From assembly GCA_964035545.1 (NCBI GenBank), contig OZ037765.1:15438995-15502994 (forward strand): a stretch of DNA of 64,000 nucleotides, read 5' to 3'. The first letter of the stretch is position 1; each line of letters starts with the position of its first letter. Both the position numbers and the translations under genes were made by a program. This document shows, one piece after another, positions 23,755-37,116 of the stretch. Below the pieces are notes generated by a model that was given only the letters and a program-made list of their open reading frames with translations, searched no databases and was not told the origin of the DNA. Origin of the DNA: Bugula neritina. Taxonomy: Eukaryota > Animalia > Bryozoa.

Positions 23755-26700
23755 AAAACACTACAACACATTGAAAGATACTGCAACATACGGCAACATA
23801 CCGAAATATACTGCAACACATTGAAATATACTGCATCACACTGAAATATGCTGTAGCATACTGAAATACACTGCAACACACTGAAGTACACTGTAGTATA
23901 CAGAACTGTACTGTAAAATACTGAAACATATGACAAACCTACGGAACTATACTGCAACATACTGAGTTACACTGCAACATACTGAAATATACTTCAACAT
24001 ACCTAAATATACGGTAATATACTGAAAAGTACGGCCACAAATTGAAACATACTGCACCATACTGAAATATACTGTAGCCCACTGAATTACACTGCAACAT
24101 ACTGCAACATACTGAGTTACGTTGTAACATTTTGAAATACACTGCAACACATTGAAATATACTGCAACATACTGAAATATATGGTAACCTACTGAAAAAT
24201 GTTGCAAACCACTGAAACATACTGCAACATACTGCAACAAAATGAAATGTACTGTAACACACTGAATTATACTGCAAAATACTGAAATATACTGTAACAC
24301 TTTGAAAAACACTGCAACATACTGAAATATGCTGTAGCACACTGAAATACACTGCAACTCACTGAAGTATAGTGTAATATAAGGAAATGTAGTGTAACAT
24401 ACTGAAATATACTGTAACACACTGAAATATACTGCAACATACTGAAATACACTGTAACATACTGAAATATACTGTAACACATTGCAAAATACTGAAATAC
24501 ACTGTGGCATACCGAAATACACTGCAACAGACTGAAATACACTGTAACATACTACAACATATTGAATTACACTGCAACACATTGAAATATACTGCAACGC
24601 TGAAGTGTACTGTAATATACAAAAATTTACTGTAAAATACTGAAACATACGACAACATACTGAAATATACTGCAACATATTGAGTTACACTTCAACATAC
24701 TGGAATATACTTCAACATACTGAAAGATACCTAAAAATTATGAAACATACTGAAATACACTGTAAGATATTGAAATACACTGCAACACATTGGAATATGC
24801 TGCAACATACCGAGATATATGGTAACCTACTGAAATATGTTGCAAACTACTGAAATATACTGCAACATACTGCAACATAATGAAATATACTGTAACACAC
24901 TGAAAGACACTGCAACATACTGAAATATACTGCAAGATACTGCAACATACTGAAATTTACTGGAACATACTGAAATACACTGCAACATGCTGCAACATAC
25001 TGCAACATACTGCAACATACTGAAATACACTGTACCATATTGAAATACACTGCAACACATTGAAATATACTGCAACACACTGAAACATACGGCAACATAC
25101 TGTAATATACTGCGAGACATTGAAATATACTGCAACATACCGAAATATATGGTAACCTACTGAAATATGTTGCAAACCACTGAAACAAACTGCAACATAC
25201 TGCAACAAAATGAAATATTCTGTAACACACTGAATTATACTGCAACATAATTCAATATGCTGTAGCATACTGAAACACACTGCAACACACTTGAGTATAA
25301 TGTAATATACAGAAGTGTACTGTAACATACTGAAATATACTACAACATACTGAAATATACTGTAAGATACTGCAACATACTGAAATAGACTGTAACAAAC
25401 TGAAACATTTGTCAACATGCTGAAATGTACTGCAACATGCTGAATTACACTGCAACATACTGCAACATACTGAAATACGCTGTAACATTTTGAAATACAC
25501 TGCAACACATTGAAATATACTGCAACATACCGAAATATATGGTAAACTACTGAAATATGTTGCAAACCACTGAAACAAACTGCAACATACTGCAACAAAA
25601 TGAAATATTCTGTAACACACTGAATTATACTGCAAAATACTGAATTATACTGTAAAACTTTGAAAAACACTGCAACATACTGAAACATGCTGAAATATAC
25701 TGCAACGTATTGCAAAATACTGAAATACACTGTAACATACTGAAATACACTGCAACATACTACAACATACTGAAATTTACTGTAACAGATTGAAATACAC
25801 TGCAATACATTGAAAGATACTGCAACATACCAAAATATACTGCAACATACCCAAATACGCTGTAGCACACTGAAATACACTGCAACACACTGAAGTGTAC
25901 TGTAATATACAAAATGTACTGTAAAATACTGAAACATACGAGAACATACTGAAATATACTGCAACATACTGCAACATAATGAAATATACTGTAACACACT
26001 GTGATAGACTGCATAAAACTGAAATATACTGCAACAGACTGAAATATACTGCAAAATACTGCAGCATACTAAAACACACCGCAACATACTGAAATACACT
26101 GCAACATACTGCAACATACTCCAATATACTGAAATACATTGTAACATATTGAATTACACTGCAACACATTGAAATACAGTGCAACACACTGAAACATCTG
26201 GCAACATACTGAGATATACTGCGAGACATTGAAATATACTGCAACATACTGCAGCATACTGAAATACGCTGCAACATAATGAAATACACTGCAACACATT
26301 GAAATATACCGCAACATACCGAAATATATGGTAATCTACTGAAATATGTTGCAAACCACTGAAACATACTGCAACATACTGCAACAAATTGAAATATACT
26401 GTAACACACTGAATTATACTGCAAAATACTGAAGTATACTGTAACATACTGAAACATACTGCAACATACTGAAATATACTGCAACATACTGAAATATATT
26501 GCAACATACTGCAACATACTGAAATACACTGTAACATACTGAAATACACTGCAAAACTTTGGAAAAAACTGCAACATACCTTAATATACGGTTATATAGT
26601 GAAATATACTGTCACACATTGAAAAACACTGCAACATACTAAAATACACTGCAACATACCCAAATATACGGTAATATACTAAAAAATACTGCCACACAAC

Positions 26701-29700
26701 GAAATTGAGTGCACCATACTGAAATATGCTGTAGCACACGGAAATACACTGCAATTCACTGAAATATAGTGTAATATACAGAAATGTACTGCAACATACT
26801 AAAATACACTGTAACATACTGAAGCATACTGCAACATACTACAACATACTTAAATACACTGTAACATAGTGAAATGCACTGCAACGTACTGATATAGACT
26901 GCAACATACTGAAATACACTGTATCATACTGAAATACACTGCAACATACGACAACATACTGAAATACACTGTAACATACTGAAATACACTGCAACATACT
27001 GAAATACACTGTAACATACCACAACTTAGTGAAATACACTGCACCACATTGAAATTTACTGCAACATACCGAAATATACTGCAACATACCGAAATATATG
27101 GTAAACTACTGAAATATACTGTAACACATTGAAACATACCGCAACATACTGAAATATACTGCAACACACTGAAATGCACTGTAATATACAGAAATGTACT
27201 GTAAAATACTGACACATACGACAACATTCTGAAATATACTGCAACATATTGATGTACACTGCAACATACTGGAATACACTTCAACATACTGAAAGATACC
27301 TAAAAATATTGAAATATACTGAAATACACTGTAAGATATTGAAATACACTGCGACACATTGGAATACACTGCAACATAGCGAAATATATGGTAACCTACT
27401 GAAATATTTTGCAAACTACTGAAACGTACTGCAACATACTGCAACATAATGAAATATACTGTAACACACTGAAATATACTGCAAAATACTGAAATATACT
27501 GTAACATACTGAAACACACTGCAACATACTGAAATATACTACAACATACTGAAATATACTGTAAGATACTGCAACATACTGATATACACTGGAACAAACT
27601 GAAACATTTGCCAACATACTGAAGTGGACTGCAACATGCTGAATTACACTGCAACATACTGCAACATACTGAAATACGCTGTAACATTTTGAAACACACT
27701 GCAACACATTGAAATATACTGCAACATACCAAAATATATGGTAACCTACTGAAATATGTTGCAAACCACTGAAACAAACTGCAACATACTGCAACAAAAT
27801 GAAATATACTGTAACACACTTAATTATACTGCAAAATACTGAATTATACTGTAAAACTTTGAAAAACACTGCAACATACTGAAACATGCTGAAATATACT
27901 GCAACGTATTGCAAAATACTGAAATACACTGTAACATACTGAAATACACTGCAACATACTACAACATACTGAAATTTATTGTAACAGATTGAAATACACA
28001 GCAATACATTGAAAGATACTGCAACATACCAAAATATACTGCAACATACCCAAATATGCTGTAGCACACTGAAAGACACTGCAACACACTGAATTATACT
28101 GCAACACACTACAACATATTGAAGTATACTGTAACACATTGAAACATACCGCAACATACTGAAATAAACTGCAACACACTGAAGTGTACTGTAATATACG
28201 AAAATGTACTGTAAAATACTGAAACATACGAGAACATACTGAAATATACTGCGACATGCTGAAATATATTGCAACATACTGGAATACACTGTAAGATATT
28301 GAAATACACTGCAACTTATTGGAATATACTGCAACATACCGAAACATATGGAAACCTACTGAAATATGTTGCAAACTACTGAAATATACTGGCACATACT
28401 GCAACATAATGAAATATACTGTAACAGACTGAAAAATACTGCAACATACTGAAATATACCGCAACTCACTGAAACATACGGCAACTTACTGAAATAGACT
28501 GCGACACATTGAAATATACTGCAACATACTGAAATAACATGCAAGATACTGCAACATACTGAGATATACTGAAACATACTGAATTATACTGCAACATACT
28601 GAAATATACCGCAACAAACTGAAATATATGGTAACATTCTGAAATAGGTTGCAAAGTACTGAAATATACTGCAACATATCGAAAAATACTGAAAATGTGC
28701 AACATAATGAAATATACTGCAACATACTGAAATATACCTAAAAATATTGAAACATACTGAAATACACTGTTGGATATTGAGATACACGTCAACACATTTG
28801 AATATACTGCAACATACCGAAATATATGGTAACCTACTGAAATATTATGTTGCAAACTACTGAAATATACTGCAACATACTGCAACATAATGAAATATAC
28901 TGTAAAACACTGAAATAGACTGCATAATACTGAAATATATTGTAAGATACTGAAACATACTGCAACAAACTGAAATATACTGCAACAGACTGAAATATAC
29001 TGCAAGATACTGCAACATACTGAAACACACTGTAACATACTGAAATACACTGCAACACCTTGAAATAAACTCCAACTCACTGAAATATACGGCAACATAC
29101 TGAAGTATAGTGGGACACATTGAAATCTACTGCAACATACTGACATATAATGCAAGATACTGCAACATGCTGAAATACACTGTGACATACTGAAATGCAC
29201 TGCAACATACTGCAACATACTGCAACATACTGAATTACACTGTAACATATTTAAGTACACTGCAACACATTGAAATATAGTGCAACACACTGAAACATAC
29301 AGCGACATACTGAAATATACTGCGACACATTGAAATATACTGCAACACACTGAAATATGCTCTAGCATACTGAAATACACTGCAACACACCGAAGTATAC
29401 TGTAATATACAGAAATGTACTTTAACGTACTGAAACGTACGTCAACATACTGGAATCTACTGCAACATGCTGAAATATATTGCAACATACTGAAATACAC
29501 TGTAACGTACTCAATAACACTGCAACATACTGCAACATACTGCAACATACTGAAATACGCTCTATAATATTGAAATACACTGCAACACATTGAAAGATAC
29601 TGCAACATACTGAAACATACTGCAACATACTGAAATACACTGTAACAAATTGAAATACACTGCAACACATTGAATTATGCTGCTACACACTGAAACATAC

Positions 29701-32700
29701 GGCAGCATACTGAAATATACTGCGAGAGACTGAAAAATACTGCAACATAGTGAAATATGCTGTAGCATACTGAAATACACTGTAACACACTAGAGTATAC
29801 TGTAAAATACAGAAATGTACTGTAACATACTGAAACATACATCAACATACTCAAATGTACAGCAAAATGCTGAATTACACTGCAACATACTGCAACACAC
29901 TGAAACATACGACAACATACTGTAATATACTGCGAGACATTGAAATATACTGCAACATACCGAAATATATGGTAACCTCTTGAAATATGTTGCAAACCAC
30001 TGAAACATACTGCAACATACTGCAACAAAATGAAATATACTGTAACACGCTGAGTTATACTGCAACATAATTCAATATGCTGTAGCATACTGAAGCACAC
30101 TGCAACACACTTGAGTATAATGTAATATACAGAAATGTACTGTAACATACTGAAACATACGTCAACATACTGAAATGTACTGCAACATGCTGATTTACAC
30201 TGCAACATACAGCAACAAACTGAGATACGCTGCAACATAATGAAATACACTGCAACACATTGAAATATACTGCAACATACCAAAATATATGGTAACCTAC
30301 TGAATTATGTTGCGAACAACCGAAGCATACTGCAACATACTGCAACTAAATGAAATATACTGTAACACACTGAATTATACTGCAAAAAACTGAAATATAC
30401 TGTAACATACTGAAACATACTGCAACATAGTGAAATATACTGCAACATACTGAAATATACCGCAACATACTGCAACTTACTGAAATACAGTGTAACATAC
30501 TGAAATGCACTGCAACACAATGGAATAAACTGCAACAAACCTAAATATATGGTTATATAGTGAAATATAACGTAACAAATTGACAAACACTGCAACATAC
30601 TGAAATACACTGCAACATACCTAAATATACGGTAATATACTGAAAAGTACTGCCACAAATTGAAATATACTGCACCATACTGAAATATACTGTAGCACAC
30701 TGAAATACACTGCAATTCACTGAAATGTGGTGTAATATACGGAAATGTACTGTAACATACTGAAATATACTGTAACACACTAAAATATACTGCAACATAC
30801 TGAAATACACTGTAACATACTGAAATACACTGCAACATACTGAAATACACTGTAACATAGTGAAATACACTACAACAAACTGGAATACACTGCAACATAC
30901 TGAAACACACTGTAACATACTGAAACATACTGTAACACACTAAAATATACAGCAACATACTGAAATACACTGTAACCTACTGAAAAACACTGCAACATAC
31001 TACAACACATCGAAATACACTGCAACACATTGGAATATACTGCAACATACCGAAATATACTGCAACATACCGAAATATATGGTAAACTACTGAAATAGAG
31101 TGTAACACACGGAATTATACTGTAAAATACTGAAATATACTGTAACATACTGCAACATACTGAAATACAGTGTAACATACTACAACATACTGAAATTTAC
31201 TGTATCAGATTGAAATACACTGCAATACATTGAAAGATACTGCAACATACCAAAATATACTGCAACATACCAAAATATGCTGTAGCACACTGAAATACAC
31301 CGCAACTCACTGAAGTATAGTGAAATACATGAAAATGTAGTGTAACATACTGAAATATACTGTAACACACTAAAATCTACTGCAACAGACTAAAATACAC
31401 TGTAACATACTGAAACACACTGCAACACATTAGAATAAACTGCAACATACCTAAATATACATCAATATACTGAAATATACTGTAACACATTGCAAAACAC
31501 TGCAACATACTGAAATATGCTGTAGTACACTGAAATACACTGCAACTCACTGAAGTATAGTGTAATATACGGAAATGTACTGTAACATACTGAAATAATC
31601 TGTAACACCGTGAAATATAGTGTAACATACTGAAATACACTGTAACATACTGAAATATACTGCAACAAACTGCGACATACTGAAATAGACTGAAATATAC
31701 TGCGAGACATTGAAGTATACTGCAACATAGTGAAATATGCTGTAGCATGCTGAAATACACTGCAACAAAGTGGAGTAAACTGTAATATACAGAAATGTAC
31801 TGTAACATACTGAAACATTTGTCAACATACTGAAATGTACTGCAAAATGCTGAATTACACTGCAACATACTGCAACATACTGAGTTACGCTGTAACATTT
31901 TGAAATACACTGCAACACATTGAAATATACTGCAACATACTGAAATATACTGCAAAATACTGAAATATACTGTAACATACTGAAACATACTGCAACATAG
32001 TGAAATATACTGCAACATACTGAAATATACTGCAACATACTGCAACTTACTGAAATACAGTGTAACATAGTGAAATACACTGCAACACAATGGAATAAAC
32101 TGCAACAAACCTAAATATATGGTTATATAGTGAAATATTCCGTAACAAATTGAAAAACACTGCAACATACTGAAATACACTGCAACATACCTAAATATAC
32201 GGTAATATACTGAAAAGTACTGCCACAAATTGAAATATACTGCACCATACTGAAATATACTGTAGCACACTGAAATACATTGCAATTCACTGAAATGTTG
32301 TGTAATATACAGAAATGTACTGTAACATACTGAAATATACTGTAACACACTAAAATATACTGCAACATACTGAAATACACTGTAACATACTGAAATATAC
32401 TGCAACATACTGAAATACACTGTAACATACTGAAATACACTACAACATACTGGAATACACTGCAACATACTGAAACACACTGCAACATACTGAGTTACAC
32501 TGCAACATACTGAAATATACTTCAACATACCTAAATATACGGTAATATACTGAAAAGTACTGCCACAAATTGAAACATACTGCACCATACTGAAATATAC
32601 TGTAGCACACTGAATTACACTGCAACATACTGCAACATACTGAGTTACGCTGTAACATTTTGAAATACACCGCAACGCATTGAAATATACCGCAACATAC

Positions 32701-34545
32701 TGAAATATATGGTAACCTAACGAAATATGTTGCAAACCACTGAAACATACTGCAATATACTGCAACAAAATGAAATGTACTGTAACACACTAAAATATAC
32801 TGCAAAATACGGAAATATACTGTAACCTACTGAAATACACTGCAACATACTACAACACATCGAAATACACTGACACACATTGAAATATACTGCAACATAC
32901 CGAAATATACTGCAACATACCGAAATATATGGTAAACTACTGAAATTTACTGTAACACATTGAAACATAGCGCAACATACTGAAAAATACTGCAACACAC
33001 TGGAGTAAACTGTAATATACAGAAATGTACTGTAAAATACTGAAACATACGACAACGTACTGAATTATACTGCAACATATTGAGTTACACTGCAACATAC
33101 TGGAATATACTTCAACATACTGAAAGATACCTAAAAATATTGAAACATACTGAAATACACTGTAAGACATTGAAATACACTGCAACACATTGGAACACAC
33201 TGCAACATACCGAAATATATGGTAACCTACTGAAATATGTTGCAAACTACTGAAACGCACTGCAACATACTGCAACATAATGAAATATACTGTAACACAC
33301 CGAAATATGCTGCAAAATACGGAAATATACTGTAACATACTGAAACACACTGCAACATACTGAAATATACTGTAAGATACTGCAACATACTGAAATACAC
33401 TGTAACAAACTGAAACATTTGTCAACATACTGAAATGTACTGCAACATTCTGAATTATACTGCAACATACTGCAACATACTGAAATACGCTGTAACATTT
33501 TGAAATACACTGCAACACATTGAAATATACTGCAACATACCGAAATATATGGTAACCTACTGAAATATGTTGCAAACCACTGAAACAAACTGCAACATAC
33601 TGCAACAAAATGAAATATACTGTAACACACTGAATTATACTGCAAAATACTGAATTATACTGTAAAACTTTGAAAACTACTGCAACATACTAAAACATGC
33701 TGAAATATACTGCAACGTATTGCAAAATACTGAAATACACTGTAACATACTGAAATACACTGCAACATACTACAACATACTGAAATTTACTGTAACAGAT
33801 TGAAATACACTGCAATACATTGAAAGATACTGCAACATACCAAAATATACTGCAACATACCCAAATATGCTGTAGCACACTGAAATACACTGCAACACAC
33901 TGAAGTATACTGCAACACACTACAACAAATTGAAGTATACTGTAACACATTGAAACATACCGCAACATGCTGAAATAAACTGCAACACACTGAACTGTAC
34001 TGTATTATACAAAAATGTACTGTAAAATATTGAAACATACGAGAACATACTGAAATATACTGCAACATACTGCAACATAATGAAATATACTGTAACACAC
34101 TGAGATAGACTGCATAAAACTGAAATATACTGTAACATACTGATATACACTGCAGCATACTGAAATATACTGCAACATACTGAAATATAATGCAACATAC
34201 TGCAACATACTCCAATATACTGAAATATATTGTAACATATTGAATTACATTGCAACACATTAAAATACAGTGCAACACACTGAAACATCTGGCAACATAC
34301 TGAAATATACTGCGAGACATTGAAATATACTGCAACATACTGCAGCATACTGAAATACGCTGCAACATAATGAAATACACTGCAACACATTGAAATATAC
34401 CGCAACATACCGAAATATATGGTAATCTACAGAAATATGTTGCAAACCACTGAAACATAGTGCAACATACTGCAACAAATTGAAATATACTGTAACACAC
34501 TGAATTATACTGCAAAATACTGAAATATACTGTAACATACTGAAA
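23755..34545. repeat. Satellite B, segment 1: diverged 10-bp units ACTGCAACAT / ACTGAAATAT / ACTGTAACAT / ACTGAAATAC
   Basis: Strict 10-bp register over kilobases; recurring landmark GAAATATATGGTAACCTACTGAAATATGTTGCAAAC. Confidence 0.98.
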
Positions 34546-37116
34546 CACAGTTAGTTTAAGGTCATTACTTTCAAAATTCAGGCACTGCTTTATGTTATAT
34601 ATAAACGGTTTCCAGGGGATAGCTCGAACAGTTTTTGTCTCACATCAACAAATTTTACATGAAAAGATAGCTCTTGCATTCCTCTTTCATATTCTTTCTT
34701 AATTTTTCAATAAAAAATTTTCTGAGAAAGTTGTTGCATAATAAGTAAAATTTTACACCCTCCATGTTCCACTGCTGTAGCACAGGGGATTCATTTTATA
34801 AAGTCTAAAAGTTAAACTTGACATTTCTTGATATGTTTTCTCTAATATACTTTCTTTGTTTTTTGAAATTCTGTTTATGCTCTTCACAATTTGGTAAAAA
34901 CATACACCATTTTGCAAGTTTCACTGCAATTTTCTAAATTCTTCATATGGTGGTTCTAGCTACGCTCCTGTGACTAATTATAACATTCCTAGTACGTTTG
35001 CCGCTCTGCGCTATCACAATAACATATAGTACCCTCTCGCACAAATTGGCAATCTATTGGATTTCTGCCAATATAATGTTCCCTGTTTTACATTAGCACT
35101 TAGCTGAATCATCTCACTATGTTACAATAATAATATATTGAAAATGCCTCAGCACAACATAATTCTTTGTTTGTTTGGCAGAGTTAATTTCAGCTAAATC
35201 ACTTCACTTTGCAGTCTTGTCAGTAAAGGTCTGTCTATAGCGCAGCAGGTGTATACTTTCAGTTTCTCTAATTCACATATGATTATTTTAAGTACATTGT
35301 ATTCTATAAGATCAATTTAAGGTTTAGTCCAGTGTTCAGTATCTAATTATTATGCATGTATGTTGTCTTACTGTTGAACAAAAGTTAAAAAAAAACTTTA
35401 CAATTATAGCCATATTTATTATACATGCGTAGGATTTGCATAAATTGACAAAAAAATTGCAACAAAATAGGGTTGAACCCATGACCAACCTACTCGTTGC
35501 TGACGCCTCTAACCTCTGGACCACGCAGTTATTGTTCGAAAGAAGCTCACTATATGAGTGACTATCATTACATAAATATTTCGCTCGCAAATGGGTTATA
35601 ATTATTAGGCTGTCAATTCATGTTGATAGCAGTCAACTGTTGCAATAGTCTCGGGTTGCTAGCAAAGCTAATGGTTTTGAACAAATAACCCAAAAGTTTA
35701 AAAATAAGTAGCTTGCGTATTACTAGCTACAAAAATAGGTCTGAAATAGACTGGTAAAGCAAGCTCTTATTGTAGAGTTTGCAGATGTGCTCTAAAATAA
35801 AACTTAAACTGTATGCTATTACATAAGTATTTGTATGCGAGAGATAAATGGACATTACTGAGTTTCTGGAAAACAACATACTTGAAGTTAACTTTGACAA
35901 TGGTGTGTTATTTTCATCATAGCTAGCCTATAGCATAAATCTCTAGTCATATGAATCTTTATGAAGCCCACAGCTCATGTAAGGGTGGCAATGTAATTTG
36001 AAATGAACAATTATGTTGCTGCATTGTGTTTAAGGTATATTAGAGAGCAGAATTTGGTTTTGCTAGCCTGCCCCAACGGCATTCTACAATGCAGCTTATA
36101 TGCTGGCAGTTGTAATAAGTACTGCCAATAGCAAGGTTACTATCACTGCTAGCTCTGTGCAGCATGTAACCTCTTGAATAATTGCGCCAATTTTAAACTC
36201 TTGGAAGTTGGCCAAGTTATCATATCGCAGCCAGCCACCGGAGACAAAGCATCAGAGCTATTCATATAATATTATACTAATGCACTTGGTAGCAGAGTGG
36301 CTAATCTAATATAGTTCATAGTTCAACACCCTTTACTTTGGGAATACAGCCTCTTTTTTTAGGTTTACCTTACAAAGCATGAAAATATCTAAACTGATAT
36401 TCTGATAATTTAGAGGTACATTTTGAAAACTAGGTTAATTGCACTTGTTTGCACAACAACAATAATAAAATAGATATTATGCAGTATAATAAAAACACAC
36501 ATAATACTATATAATATATTATAATGATAATAATATAATATTATAAGTACCATTACTGCATTTTATAAATCACATGATTGCCAAAAAAAATTTATCACAA
36601 ATTTTGTAATTATACATCAAAAATAGAACTAGCTAGGCAGCAGGTTAGAATAGAGTAAATTTTTAAAACATGAAATCATGATTTGACTATTGTTTTATTT
36701 AGGCCAACCAACCTAGGAATACAAGATTGGGTTTTAGCTGACAGTTTATAACATTTAGCTTTTGAGCCAGCAGCACTGGCACTTGTGAAGTATAGGCAAA
36801 GTTAGTGAAGCGAGACTAACAAGCACTCAAATACAAGGCATATTGAGACACAATAACAAGTCAGGAGCGTATAAATTGAAAAGAATGTGGAAGGGGGACT
36901 ATGTTTTTCAACAAGCTATAACTTAAACATGAATTGGCTTTTGAAAAAAAAATAAAAAAGTATATTGGAGAACATAAGTTTCTTTATCTTTTCATATTTT
37001 TTTTGTTCCTGTGACATTCAACCTGTTCGAGCTATCAGTGGAACATTGTTCATATAGAACATAAAGCACCTGGCAAAGAGCCAGAAAATGAAAAGTATGA
37101 CCTTAAACCAACTGTG
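34546..37116 (+). mobile_element. Non-autonomous TIR DNA transposon, copy 2 (2571 bp, uninterrupted reference copy), TSD AA
   Basis: CACAGTTAGTTTAAGGTCAT ... ATGACCTTAAACCAACTGTG (1 mismatch). Flanks TACTGAAA|element|AACATACTG versus empty paralogous site TACTGAAACATACTG at ~39127-39141 and ~26447-26461. Confidence 0.96.
35450..35530 (-). pseudogene. Degenerate tRNA-like / SINE-head-like segment in copy 2 (homologue in copy 3 at ~41688-41769 with mutated B-box)
   Basis: Minus strand: TGGTCCAGAGG (A-box-like, starts 35523) TTAGAGGCGTCAGCAACGAGTAGGTTGGTC ATGGG-TTCAAC-CCTAT (T-arm-like, B-box starts 35478), then T-run. 45-bp A-B spacing is tRNA-like; acceptor stem does not pair. Confidence 0.45.

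Noticed and set aside
34805-34933. Short minus-strand open stretch (KIAVKLAKWCMFLPNCEEHKQNFKKQRKYIREN...) as a possible transposase exon remnant
   Set aside because: About 40 codons, interrupted by a stop in copy 1, no recognisable motif; would need a tblastx/HMM hit to support.
35450-35530. Functional tRNA gene
   Set aside because: Acceptor stem does not pair, T-loop is 6 nt, anticodon arm is irregular and homologous copies carry indels; kept only as a tRNA-like remnant.
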